63,737 bases of DNA. Origin: Candidatus Odyssella sp. Lineage in GTDB: Bacteria > Pseudomonadota > Alphaproteobacteria > Paracaedibacterales > CAITNM01. The number at the start of each line of letters is the position of its first letter. Positions within the stretch are counted from its first letter, which is position 1. Below, one piece after another: positions 20,902 to 30,473 of this stretch. The stretch lies in the NCBI GenBank assembly GCA_020726185.1, contig DYTB01000005.1, forward strand, positions 1 to 63,737, written 5' to 3'. A program made the position numbers and the translations under genes. The notes under the pieces were generated by a model, which was not told where the DNA came from, searched no databases, and worked only from the letters and a program-made list of their open reading frames with translations.

Positions 20902-22304
20902 TAATTAATAAAACTACGATAAAGCGTTTGTGGTAGGTGGGTTGGAAGGTAGGCATCAATAAATCCAATTTTATTAAGTTCTAATCGCTGAAGTATTCTC
21001 CCATAGCTATCAATAATCGCACTAATACCATTGTTAGCTACGCGTACTAGGGGGAGCCCTTCCTCTATGGACCGTACCTGTACAATTTTAAGGTGCTGAT
21101 AGGGGCCACTAGTTATTCCATACCAAGCATCATTCGTAATGTTCAATAGCCACTGGGGACGGTCTGTGGGGTCAATAACAGCTCCACTAAAAATAGCCTC
21201 GTAACATATAAGAGGGCTAAATGGAGGAAGGCCTGGCATGTGAATTGTACGGGGACCTGTTCCTGCGGAATAATCAAGCGTTCCATTAGTCAGTTTAGGA
21301 AACGGATTTAATGCACGCAGAGGAACATACTCACCAAATGGTACCAAGTGAAATTTATCAAAGGTGGTATGAATTAGCCCCTTATTATCAATAACCTGAA
21401 GGCAACTGAAATCTTTTTCTGGATTATGCATTCTTCTTGGTGCGCCTGTAATCAGGTAACCTTGATTAATAAAGCTACTAAGATGAGCTGAAAAATCAAC
21501 ATGAGCATCAAGTGGAATAGTTATTGCAGCTTCTGGCCAAATGGTTACATGAACTGGTTTTTCACCATCTTCTTTAGATAGTATTTCTAAAATTGATAAG
21601 TTCTTTTCAAAAAATTCAGGGTGCCATTTTTCACGTTGGTCAACTGATGGTTGAACTAATCGTAAGCAAATTTCAGTATTTAATTGTGGTGATTTTAAAC
21701 GCTGATTTCCTTCAATCCAAAAACAGAGCAGGGCGCCAAAAATACTTATTCCAAGCCATTTTTGCTTAGTGTACAAAACAACAGCAGCTGCGGTTGTTAA
21801 AAATGATAATCCAAAGATTCCAAAAAACCTGGTGCATTGTAAAAGTGGTAAATCCCAAACATAGCCATTTAAATTCCAGGGAAAACCGGTGAATAAAAAG
21901 CTTCTGGCTATTTCACTTAAACACCAACCAAGGAAAAACATCCATGCAAATGCAACCGTGTTTTTTTTGAAAAAATAGCTAGGCAAAATAAATATGGTTG
22001 GAAATATACCAATAATAATTGGCATGCAAATTAACCCAATAGGCATAGCCTCGGGAATGCCATATACATTAAATGCCCAAGCCACCCAATAAAGCTGGGT
22101 TAAAAAGAAAAAGAAAAAAAAGATAAACGTTCGTTTGAAAAAGTTATAAAAACAAGTTTGTGTTTGAATATGCGAAAGCAACACATAAATAGATAAAAAC
22201 AAAGCAATAGGCTGGTTGAAAGGCGAGAACGCAAGTCCGCCAATAATGGAAAAAAGTATTAAGTTTTTTAAACTAATTAAAGAGTATTTTAGTGTTTTAT
22301 TCAT
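20883..22304 (-). CDS. lnt: Apolipoprotein N-acyltransferase
   Basis: FTGFPWN, WPEAA, KFHLVPFGEYVP, ICYEAIF, NDAWYG, RSIEEG motifs. Confidence 0.95.
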   Translation of the reverse strand: MNKTLKYSLISLKNLILFSIIGGLAFSPFNQPIALFLSIYVLLSHIQTQTCFYNFFKRTFIFFFFFFLTQLYWVAWAFNVYGIPEAMPIGLICMPIIIGIFPTIFILPSYFFKKNTVAFAWMFFLGWCLSEIARSFLFTGFPWNLNGYVWDLPLLQCTRFFGIFGLSFLTTAAAVVLYTKQKWLGISIFGALLCFWIEGNQRLKSPQLNTEICLRLVQPSVDQREKWHPEFFEKNLSILEILSKEDGEKPVHVTIWPEAAITIPLDAHVDFSAHLSSFINQGYLITGAPRRMHNPEKDFSCLQVIDNKGLIHTTFDKFHLVPFGEYVPLRALNPFPKLTNGTLDYSAGTGPRTIHMPGLPPFSPLICYEAIFSGAVIDPTDRPQWLLNITNDAWYGITSGPYQHLKIVQVRSIEEGLPLVRVANNGISAIIDSYGRILQRLELNKIGFIDAYLPTHLPQTLYRSFINYYNHLG

Positions 22305-22972
22305 CTTCTAATGATACTATCAAAAAATGTATTCCCCCTAAAAGGAATTTTAAAATGCAAAAGATGTTGTATGTTATCTCTTTTATTTGTTTGTGTATAT
22401 TCCCTGCTATAGGGGAGGACACCTGCGAAACTTCAAAAAATGGTGAAAAAGAAGCCTCAGCTTTTATTAAGAATCTGGTTGACGAAGCTCTAGCAATAGT
22501 TAACCAAGGCAATGCATCTGATGACATAAAACGTCAACAGCTAAGTGAATGCATTAATAAATACCTAGATATTGAGCGTATTACAAAAGCTGTTTTTTCA
22601 AGGCTTGGTTACAATAATAAAGATGGGGGGGAGCGTAAGGCTTTACCCGAGGAAGATAAGCAAAAAGTAAGAGAATATTTAAAACAATACCTGATTCGCT
22701 TTTACGCTGGAGAAGGAAAACTATCGGCAATGGTAAATGCAAAAATTTCGGGTCAATTAATTGCAGAAAAAAAGGGAAATGATAAAGATTTTTCTGTTAC
22801 AACGCAATTTGAGAAAGGCTCATCTCCTTCTATAAAAATTATTTGGGTAACGGATGGTAAGAAAGTTTTTTACGTTGAGATAGAAGGTATCAACCAAATC
22901 ATAACACTAAGATCAGAAATGGAAGCAGCTGTTGGATCTGGCACATTAATGGATTATATTAATAAGCAATAA
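22292..22972 (-). other. Placeholder not used; see plus-strand entry
   Basis: No minus-strand feature is claimed here beyond lnt overlap. Confidence 0.01.
22292..22972 (+). CDS. mlaC: MlaC/Ttg2D-like periplasmic phospholipid-binding protein (start probably at internal MQKM)
   Basis: Signal peptide; A.AFI..LVDEAL, YLDIERITKAV, VEIEGINQIITLRSE resemble MlaC. Confidence 0.6.
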   Translation: MFYSSSNDTIKKCIPPKRNFKMQKMLYVISFICLCIFPAIGEDTCETSKNGEKEASAFIKNLVDEALAIVNQGNASDDIKRQQLSECINKYLDIERITKAVFSRLGYNNKDGGERKALPEEDKQKVREYLKQYLIRFYAGEGKLSAMVNAKISGQLIAEKKGNDKDFSVTTQFEKGSSPSIKIIWVTDGKKVFYVEIEGINQIITLRSEMEAAVGSGTLMDYINKQ

Positions 22973-22989
22973 TCTGAAGAAATTCATAC

Positions 22990-23271
22990 ATGAAAAAAGA
23001 TGTATTTGGTGCAGTAATAGCACCCGTAAAAAAAGAACCAATAAAAGAAAAACCAAAATCTTCTTTTCCTGACCTTTCTTTGATTAAGGGACTTCATAAG
23101 CAAGAAGCAACTTCTGAATCAGTTTTTTGGCATAGAATTTTATTAAACAAATCTATTCGTCAACAAAAGCCTGTACAGTTTTTGAAAATTTTATCAAATG
23201 AAATAGCCCTTAAAAAGGGGAGCAAAGATTCTTATTTAGCAATTTTAGACAGCTTTAAGCAAGAAATCTAA
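22990..23271 (+). CDS. Small basic hypothetical protein
   Basis: 93 aa ORF filling the gap, same strand as the upstream gene; no motif recognised. Confidence 0.45.
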   Translation: MKKDVFGAVIAPVKKEPIKEKPKSSFPDLSLIKGLHKQEATSESVFWHRILLNKSIRQQKPVQFLKILSNEIALKKGSKDSYLAILDSFKQEI

Positions 23272-24614
23272 ACTACCTGGCATATCCTTGTTGTTTCTAT
23301 ATCACCCTTAACCTGTCGTTGAGGGGAAGAAGATTCTTGCCAATAAATCTGATCAATAGATGAGCAATTACTACAAACAAGTTGCCATTTATCAAAATGA
23401 TTGCGGCAAGAATTACATTGCCATTCATAATCGGATGAAATTTGGGCAGCTTTATGTAGCCATTCGCGTGCTAAATCAAATTGAGTTGGATGCTGAAGCT
23501 CCATTAGCTCTGCCATAAGATTGCACCCAGTTCGTGTGTAACCATGGGTTAATAAATTATCTAGGTGCTCTTTAGCTTGGCCCCATAATTGGGCTTTAAT
23601 AGCGCTAGAAGCTAAACAAAATTGGCTTTCGGGATGATTTTCTTGAGATGCTACAAGTTTTTCTATTGCTCTATATCGATCGATAGCTTCCATTTCATGA
23701 AAAACTGAATTCCATAACAAGCCAAGGGCACGATGAGGATGCTGCTTAAAAGCATCAATCAGTAATTTTTGTGCTTTTGAAAATGATTGATGGTGAATGT
23801 AGTATTCTGCTAGCTGTTTAACATTCTCAGTCCAATCAGGAGCCAAATCAAAAATCTTTAAATGTAATTTTTCTGTTTCGCTGCTGGTTAAAGAGTTTTT
23901 ATTTTGTAAATGTAACCAGTTTAGCATTGCCTGATGACGAGACCACTGAGTTTTAGATACATACTTCGTAAGTTTATTTTTTTCTGCTTTTGGAAAAATT
24001 CCTTTTTGTGCTAGGTGAATGGTATTTAAAAGGTATTCGTCTTGTAGCCATGGAGAGTCTGGCCTAATTGAAAGAGCCTTACTGATGTATTCTTGAGCAA
24101 GTTTATTATCTTCTTTATCTTTAGCTTGCAAAATTAGCCCACGGAGTCCAAGAAAGCTTGTTCGTCTATCTTTTTGCATAGACATATACTGGCGAGTGGC
24201 AGTTTCCGTATCTCCAGTCATGTATGAGGCTTGTGCAGCAATAAATTGAGTAAGTGGATTGTCTGGTAAAAGCTCACAAGCTACAGCAATAACTTCTTTT
24301 GCTTCTTGATTTTGCCCTGCTGCAATCGCGCTAAGTCCATCAATTAAAAGATTATTCCCTCTTTGGGTACGCTTTTTTTGAAGGTAAATTAAATAGTTTT
24401 GAGGAAGATTCCATAGCCATTTCCAAAAATTATAAAGCGAAGCGATAATAGCAAAAACAATAACTAAGCAAGTTAAAAACAACCCTATTGGTAATGAAAC
24501 AGAATAATCAAACCAACTGAATTTTACTTCACCAGGATAGCTAGTAATTAAAATGCCTATAACGCAAAGCACACTAAGAGCGATGAAAAAGCGTAAGCCT
24601 TTGATAAGTGCCAT
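23268..24614 (-). CDS. HemY_N/TPR membrane protein (Orf52-like)
   Basis: Two N-terminal TMs, GL.AIAAG, FLGLRGL, TPR-like helices, C-terminal WQCNSC...WQLVCSNC zinc ribbon. Confidence 0.8.
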   Translation of the reverse strand: MALIKGLRFFIALSVLCVIGILITSYPGEVKFSWFDYSVSLPIGLFLTCLVIVFAIIASLYNFWKWLWNLPQNYLIYLQKKRTQRGNNLLIDGLSAIAAGQNQEAKEVIAVACELLPDNPLTQFIAAQASYMTGDTETATRQYMSMQKDRRTSFLGLRGLILQAKDKEDNKLAQEYISKALSIRPDSPWLQDEYLLNTIHLAQKGIFPKAEKNKLTKYVSKTQWSRHQAMLNWLHLQNKNSLTSSETEKLHLKIFDLAPDWTENVKQLAEYYIHHQSFSKAQKLLIDAFKQHPHRALGLLWNSVFHEMEAIDRYRAIEKLVASQENHPESQFCLASSAIKAQLWGQAKEHLDNLLTHGYTRTGCNLMAELMELQHPTQFDLAREWLHKAAQISSDYEWQCNSCRNHFDKWQLVCSNCSSIDQIYWQESSSPQRQVKGDIETTRICQVV

Positions 24615-24673
24615 TAAGGGATATTCTCCTGTGTTGTTTTAATTGGCGCTATTTTATTCTCTATAGGTGGCTG

Positions 24674-25561
24674 CTAAACCCAATTCTGCACCTTTTCGGC
24701 AAATGAAGAATAATCTTCTTCAAGTGATAAGCGTTCAGCTACGTGCTTTGCCCACAATCCAACTGATTGTATCTGAATATTCTTTGCAAAAGAATACGCC
24801 AACCTCAAGTCTTGCGCTTCAAGAGCATCAGCAATTGGCTGAAGAGGGCTTTCATCACTTTGATTAGCTTTTTCTATTTTGATGTTCCCATGAAAAGTGG
24901 AAGCAATTTTTTCTAACCATTTGGGGAGACTACTTTTTGCTTTTGGTGGCGTGTAGTTTTTTCGTATATCTTCAAAAGCTTTTTTAAGTTGCTGATGATT
25001 TAAGGGAAGACGAACGGAAAATTGTTTCAATGTTCTATACCCAGAAAATGATGAGCATTCTTGAGGGAGACTTGTAAGCAACCCAGAAAATGGTTCATTT
25101 AGTCTGATTTTTTCTCCAATACGATCAAGGGTGTCCAGAGTAGTTTTTTTGAACAGATTTACAGATGGTGAGCTACCTTGTTGCACAGTTGCTGTCAATA
25201 ATATTGAGGCTTTAATAAATTTTGCGTGTTGAATTTGCAAGGCCACAAATCGCTGATTTAGCTCATTAAAACGATGCTCAATATTTTTTATATGAGCAAC
25301 AAGCTGTTTACTGGTATCAGCATTATTTTTTTTATCAAAAGTTGTGACCGTTTGTTTAAATGGTAAAATTAAACAAATGATTAAAGCAGGGAGCTGGGCC
25401 AAAAGTAAAATAGGCCAATACGCCCGAAGCGCCTGTTTATTTTTAAGAAGTAATTTCTGGGCTCTGCTTTTTACAGACCCGACTAAAATTGTTTTTTTAG
25501 TTTGTTGCGACATCAACATGAACCTGATCGACTTGTAAATTAGCTGGAATTTTAGCGGCAC
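24674..25561 (-). CDS. Mitofilin/Mic60-like (COG4223-type) membrane protein
   Basis: N-terminal TM, coiled coil, C-terminal LEAQDLRLA...W....AERL resembling the mitofilin motif; directly upstream of the hemY-like gene. Confidence 0.55.
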   Translation of the reverse strand: MPLKFQLIYKSIRFMLMSQQTKKTILVGSVKSRAQKLLLKNKQALRAYWPILLLAQLPALIICLILPFKQTVTTFDKKNNADTSKQLVAHIKNIEHRFNELNQRFVALQIQHAKFIKASILLTATVQQGSSPSVNLFKKTTLDTLDRIGEKIRLNEPFSGLLTSLPQECSSFSGYRTLKQFSVRLPLNHQQLKKAFEDIRKNYTPPKAKSSLPKWLEKIASTFHGNIKIEKANQSDESPLQPIADALEAQDLRLAYSFAKNIQIQSVGLWAKHVAERLSLEEDYSSFAEKVQNWV

Positions 25562-26312
25562 TCTTGAAGGTTAGCTGTTCTCCTGGCTGTAGCAAATCCT
25601 GTTTCCATTTATAAGGCCAAACGCGAATTTCACACAGTCCTTGTTCATTAGCAGATTGTCCCTCTTGGCATGTGCCCCAAGCGGTAATTTGGACGTTATT
25701 TAATGGTACGGTTAGCAGTCCAGAATTTTTAACATTTCCAACAACAATAATTCTTTGGCGCTCTTCATCTAAAGGTTTAACATCAAATTGAATATTTTCA
25801 ACGCTAATTTCTTCTGGTGCAATAGGGGACGACGTATTATCTGCTGTGGGAAGAAATGATAATGCCGGGTTATAATGCATCGCTACCAATGCCAAACTAA
25901 CTGTTCCGGCTAAAATGATTAAGCTCCACAGAGTAATTCGAATAAACATTTTCCATTTTTTTGGCTTTATAATCTCTTTTTGAGCTGCTTGCTGCTGAGA
26001 ATATGTGTAAGCATCAGCCCTCGTTTGTGATATATCTTGCTCCTGGGCAGGTCTATAAGCATAACCAGTCGACTGCCTCTGATACAATAATGACAGGTCA
26101 GTTAGGTTTCTAAATGGTTGTTCTGGGACAGCAAACTTATATTCTGCTTGATTCTTGTTTACCGACTCTTTTTTTAGTTCCCACCACTGTTCATGACAAT
26201 TAGCACAAGCTAACTGAACACCTTGACCACTGTTATCAGGTAGATGAGTGTAATTCAACCTACTAACATCAAGTCGATACTGCTTGCGACATCTAGGGCA
26301 AGAAACGATCAT
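25497..26312 (-). CDS. MJ0042-type zinc-ribbon membrane protein
   Basis: MIVSCPRCRKQY...CANCHEQW; central TM; C-terminal Ig-like segment (VVGNVKN). Confidence 0.7.
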   Translation of the reverse strand: MIVSCPRCRKQYRLDVSRLNYTHLPDNSGQGVQLACANCHEQWWELKKESVNKNQAEYKFAVPEQPFRNLTDLSLLYQRQSTGYAYRPAQEQDISQTRADAYTYSQQQAAQKEIIKPKKWKMFIRITLWSLIILAGTVSLALVAMHYNPALSFLPTADNTSSPIAPEEISVENIQFDVKPLDEERQRIIVVGNVKNSGLLTVPLNNVQITAWGTCQEGQSANEQGLCEIRVWPYKWKQDLLQPGEQLTFKSAAKIPANLQVDQVHVDVATN

Positions 26313-26366
26313 AATTATTCATTTTTGTAGTATTGGTGTTATTCTAATCGTTTTTGCTGAGGGCTG

Positions 26367-27182
26367 CTACTTTAATTTCATCAGTTGTTCTTGCCAAACA
26401 CTAGGCCAATTACTATCGTGGTCAAATCCTTCAACAGTCACAATAGTGACTTTGTTTGTATCAATCTGTTGTTTGTACTGCTTGCCTAAATCAATGGTTG
26501 TATTTTCATCGATTGTACCAAGAAAGTGAATTTGCGGAATGTGTCCAAGAATAGCTTTGTTTTTTAATGGGTCGAGAGATTCAAAAAGAGGTTCTGCGTT
26601 ATGATATCTTGTCCAGCTCTTGTGATCTAAATTTCCAGCAAAAGAAGTAATTTGTTCTATGTTCTCTAAATGTGGTGCCAACAATAATGCGACTGATGCT
26701 CCGCCAGAATATGCAACAATTTCAATGGTTTTAAAATGAAACTGTTTCTGACAATTTTTTATGACTTCCAGAATTGACTGAATTACTTCAGGGGCATAGC
26801 GTGCAGTTGTCCAGTATCTAGAATCAGAGCGTTTACTTTTTATATAGTGGAAGGGCCTATTAATCACAATTTTTGTGACATGCCGCTTATCAACAGAAGC
26901 TAGCCTTAATGCCATGGGGTCTGTTGGAGTAGGGTCTATTGCTACCTCTCTATATTTATTGATGACAAGACCGTCACCTTCCAGATATATAGCAGCGTGA
27001 CTAGAATCATTTTCTTGATAAAAAATCTGAATGGGGAATAGCGAAGATTTGATAATTCTTGGTTTGTAGTTATTTTGTTGAGCTAGATCCAAAGCTTTAT
27101 TAATACGCGTTTGATCGCTACTGCAACCAAATAAAAAAAAGGCGGTGAAAACCACCGCCTTTTTTAGTCTTTCTAAAATCAC
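26367..27182 (-). CDS. Alpha/beta-hydrolase lipoprotein
   Basis: Lipobox-like FLFGC; YLEGDG...DPTP; nucleophile elbow AYSGG; AGNLDH; C-terminal His (GFDH). Confidence 0.7.
   Translation of the reverse strand: MILERLKKAVVFTAFFLFGCSSDQTRINKALDLAQQNNYKPRIIKSSLFPIQIFYQENDSSHAAIYLEGDGLVINKYREVAIDPTPTDPMALRLASVDKRHVTKIVINRPFHYIKSKRSDSRYWTTARYAPEVIQSILEVIKNCQKQFHFKTIEIVAYSGGASVALLLAPHLENIEQITSFAGNLDHKSWTRYHNAEPLFESLDPLKNKAILGHIPQIHFLGTIDENTTIDLGKQYKQQIDTNKVTIVTVEGFDHDSNWPSVWQEQLMKLK
27133..27165. terminator. Bidirectional intrinsic terminator hairpin
   Basis: A8-GGCGGTG-AAAAC-CACCGCC-T6, just after the outer-membrane protein stop codon. Confidence 0.8.
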
Positions 27183-28350
27183 TAGAAACCGTAGTGAACA
27201 CGAAGACCAGTTACGTAAGTAGACAATTGACCACGTTTTGTGTAATCGAATTGCAAGCTTCCTGATAATTGGTCATCATTTTTCACTTGGAAACCAGTAC
27301 CACCACCAAAGGCTGAGCGGTTTATTTCGTATTTTTTACCTTTTGCGTATGTAACACCTTTGTTTTCTTTCACGTCATATTGACCATGAATGTTTACGAA
27401 AGGCATAACACTTGGAGTCATTTGGTAACCAACTAAAATTTTCGCCACTGCAGTTTGTGCTTTGAAAGTGTTAGATGGAACAACTTTAGCTTCATTAGCA
27501 TACGCTGCATCTGCAGAAGTTTCCTTAAACTTGCTCATTTTGCTTTGCATCATTAAGTAACCAACTTGCAAGCTGAAAGATGCTTTGTTCACTTTGTTTA
27601 CAAAGTTAGCAAACACACCACCAAACATTGCCTGTGACTTTGGTGAGCAGTTGAAAACGTTGTCGATGTTTTTAATTGGAGCACCGTTCACTGGAGCTTG
27701 TGCGATCCAACGACGCGTGTCTTTTCCGTTTGTTGTGCTCCATCCACCAACAAATTCAACATTAAAGTTCTTGTGTGGAACAATGATCAAGTAAGGGTTA
27801 ACGCCTAATGTATCTTGCTTCATAGTACCTTTGTTGAATTCTGTTCTTGCATCAAGGTGAGAATAGCTTAAGCCTAAACCAGCGCAGAACATGTTGTTGA
27901 ACTTGTAGTCAGCACCAACCATAGTTAGGTATGATTTACCATTCCACTGTTGATCTTTTGTTGCGTTGTCAATAAAGCCCATGCTTGCACGGATCCATGT
28001 AGATGCACGGTGAGCGGAACCGGTTGAACCAGCAATTTTTACGCCAGCATCTGAACCAGAAGTAGCTGCGCTTGAATCACTTCCACGCATTGCTTCAGCA
28101 GCTTCAGCAGTTACTGCGCCAACCAAACCCATATTTTAGTTACTTTAATTGCCATGATAGAAGCTTCTGTAACAACTGCAGAAGGAGTTGTTGCGACAGA
28201 GTCATAAGCGTTTGCTGAGTATGATCCGCCAGTACCAGCTGATGATGTTCCAGCAGGGGCGCCTGAAGTGATTACAGCAGACAGTTGCCCGCTTCCTATA
28301 AATGCAGCAGCAAGAGCAAGCGCCTTTACTGCCTTAAATTGTTTAAACAT
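27182..28350 (-). pseudogene. Autotransporter-type beta-barrel outer-membrane protein, split by a one-base frameshift near 28134-28137
   Basis: RBS GAGGA then MFKQFKAVKALALAAA signal peptide; Ser/Thr/Ala-rich N-terminus; alternating beta strands ending VHYGF; one extra A in the A4 run joins both ORFs (KVTKNMGLV). Confidence 0.7.
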
Positions 28351-28509
28351 AGATATCCTCTTAAAAAATATATTATTACAATCTAAAATATATACTAACT
28401 CTGTAAAATCTTTTGTTTTTTGCTTCAATTTTTCTGTATAATCCACAGATGTATCCCACATGCAACAAATTAAGTTTTGCTTTAATAATCTATTAATATG
28501 GGTTAACCA

Positions 28510-30459
28510 ATGACATTGCCTTTTTTAAATACATATTTTTATCTTTTGGCTTTTTTGCCTTTTATTCCAGTAATTTGGCCTTTTGGCACTTTTCACGAAT
28601 CAGATTTTGCTTTTTTTGGCTTATGGTTTGTAGCAGGGCTATATGCGTTCTTTTTTGGATTTAGAAAAAATGACAAATTAGAGGTTCCAGTTCTCGCAAG
28701 TGGCTTTTTTTTATTAGCAGTCTTTAGTATTTTAGGAATTTTTCAAAATGGCTTGACCACATTAGGCGGCATTAATGAAATACGCGAGGGCACAGCAACG
28801 TTTTTAGCCATGGCTATTTTATTAATTGTTGGAAAACGTAGTTATATAGGAAAGATGCCACTTTGGTTGATTCCAGTGGCATATAGTGTGTTGACTATTT
28901 TGGGGTATCATGGGCTTTTACGCACAAAACCATATGTGTTTCTTGATCTTGGTGCGTTTGCGTTATTGGCAAGCTTACCTATGTATGTCGAATTCAGAAA
29001 ATTTTTAATTTCCTTAAGGGGTGCGTGGGATATAGTTTATGCAACTATATTTTATTATTTATTGTTCTTGCTCACTAATGATGCAGCAATTGTTGGGTGT
29101 TTGTTTGCTCTTGTGTTTATTTTCCTGCTGCCAATAACTAAAAAATACATAATTTTCCTACCGAGGAAAGATGGTTGGTACATTGTCAGTGGGCTTGTTT
29201 TTATTGCCCTAGTAATTTTGTTTTCGTATTTATTTTTGCCAGTTTTACCTTCGCATTTACAAAGCAGAGCTTTGCTTGGGATTGTTACGATTTCTCAATA
29301 TTTTGATCAAATTACTTTTTCAAAGTTTTTACATTTATTGTTTGGATATGGTTGGGGGAGTTGTCAGGAATTTCCTGTTTTAAATCTTTTTACGCTTGAA
29401 AATTTTAGTATTTATATAGACGGAAACTTTAAACCTAATTGGGAATTGTTACATCGAAATCTTTTGCATAGTCATAACTTAATTATAGAATCACTTGTTT
29501 CATCAGGCTTGGTAGGAGTCGGACTTTTACTGACTATTATTTACAAGTGGGTAGAAAATATTGACTTTAGTGATTGGTCGGGAAGATTTTTTGTTGTTAG
29601 CTATTTAATCGTTATGAGTGTCTGGTTTCAAACGCCTCCTGTTTTAATTTTTTCACTTCTTGCAATGTCGTTAATCAAAGAAAAAATTAGCTATAGTTTT
29701 AAGATTCCTGGTTCTTTATGGTTTGGATGCGGTCTATTCTTAATAGTGTTTTCTTGCACTGAATTATGGTCTTCTCTGGTTCTTAGTCAACATAGATACA
29801 ATAATATTCAGTCATTCAAGGAAGATGTATCTAAATTCATTAATGAGCCCGCGCATTCATATGATAAATTTAGTACGTACAAGTGCTCTAACAGAGTTAT
29901 AGGGCAATTTTCTTATGGACTAAATACCGCAACAGCTATTGACAGTAAATATCTGCCTGAGATTGAACAAGCTATTGTTTGTTTGGTGCAAGATTATTTG
30001 GGTTCATATCAAAAACGAAACGTTGTTAGTTCTGTGCATATTATCAACCTGTGTAATACATACGTTAGCTTATCCAATGTTAATATCTCAAAAAATTCTG
30101 AACTCTTTAAGGTATTTAAAGCTGTGGTTGTTAAGCATATTTCTAATTTTCCAGAGCGCGCAGACATGGCTATAGGATTTTTAAATTTGTGTTTTGATAA
30201 AATGGAAAACATGAAAGAGACAGCAGATATGGCCGATATCGTTTTAGAAGCTGCTCAAGAACACCCTGTTGGGCTTTGGTTTAAAGGTTTATCTGGATTG
30301 AGCTTGGGAATTGAGAAAAAACAGTCATTAGAGAAAATGCAACTTGCTGTAAAAAAAGGTTTATGCAGATTTATGCCAATACCTAAAGAACTGCTAAAAA
30401 GCATGGGTGTTTACCAAGAGGCAATAGCTATAGATAAGGCTGCCAAAGTAATAAAGTGA
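28510..30459 (+). CDS. O-antigen ligase / O-oligosaccharyltransferase-like (Wzy_C) membrane protein
   Basis: Many TM helices; HSHNLIIESLVSSGLVG matches the Wzy_C H-x-HN...GLVG motif; long C-terminal soluble region. Confidence 0.6.
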   Translation: MTLPFLNTYFYLLAFLPFIPVIWPFGTFHESDFAFFGLWFVAGLYAFFFGFRKNDKLEVPVLASGFFLLAVFSILGIFQNGLTTLGGINEIREGTATFLAMAILLIVGKRSYIGKMPLWLIPVAYSVLTILGYHGLLRTKPYVFLDLGAFALLASLPMYVEFRKFLISLRGAWDIVYATIFYYLLFLLTNDAAIVGCLFALVFIFLLPITKKYIIFLPRKDGWYIVSGLVFIALVILFSYLFLPVLPSHLQSRALLGIVTISQYFDQITFSKFLHLLFGYGWGSCQEFPVLNLFTLENFSIYIDGNFKPNWELLHRNLLHSHNLIIESLVSSGLVGVGLLLTIIYKWVENIDFSDWSGRFFVVSYLIVMSVWFQTPPVLIFSLLAMSLIKEKISYSFKIPGSLWFGCGLFLIVFSCTELWSSLVLSQHRYNNIQSFKEDVSKFINEPAHSYDKFSTYKCSNRVIGQFSYGLNTATAIDSKYLPEIEQAIVCLVQDYLGSYQKRNVVSSVHIINLCNTYVSLSNVNISKNSELFKVFKAVVVKHISNFPERADMAIGFLNLCFDKMENMKETADMADIVLEAAQEHPVGLWFKGLSGLSLGIEKKQSLEKMQLAVKKGLCRFMPIPKELLKSMGVYQEAIAIDKAAKVIK

Positions 30460-30473
30460 TGTCGAATATTGGT

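Noticed and set aside
22292-22972. A minus-strand feature over the mlaC-like gene (ORF 22297-22527)
   Set aside because: Antisense shadow of the plus-strand gene; the near-zero-confidence placeholder in the feature list should be ignored
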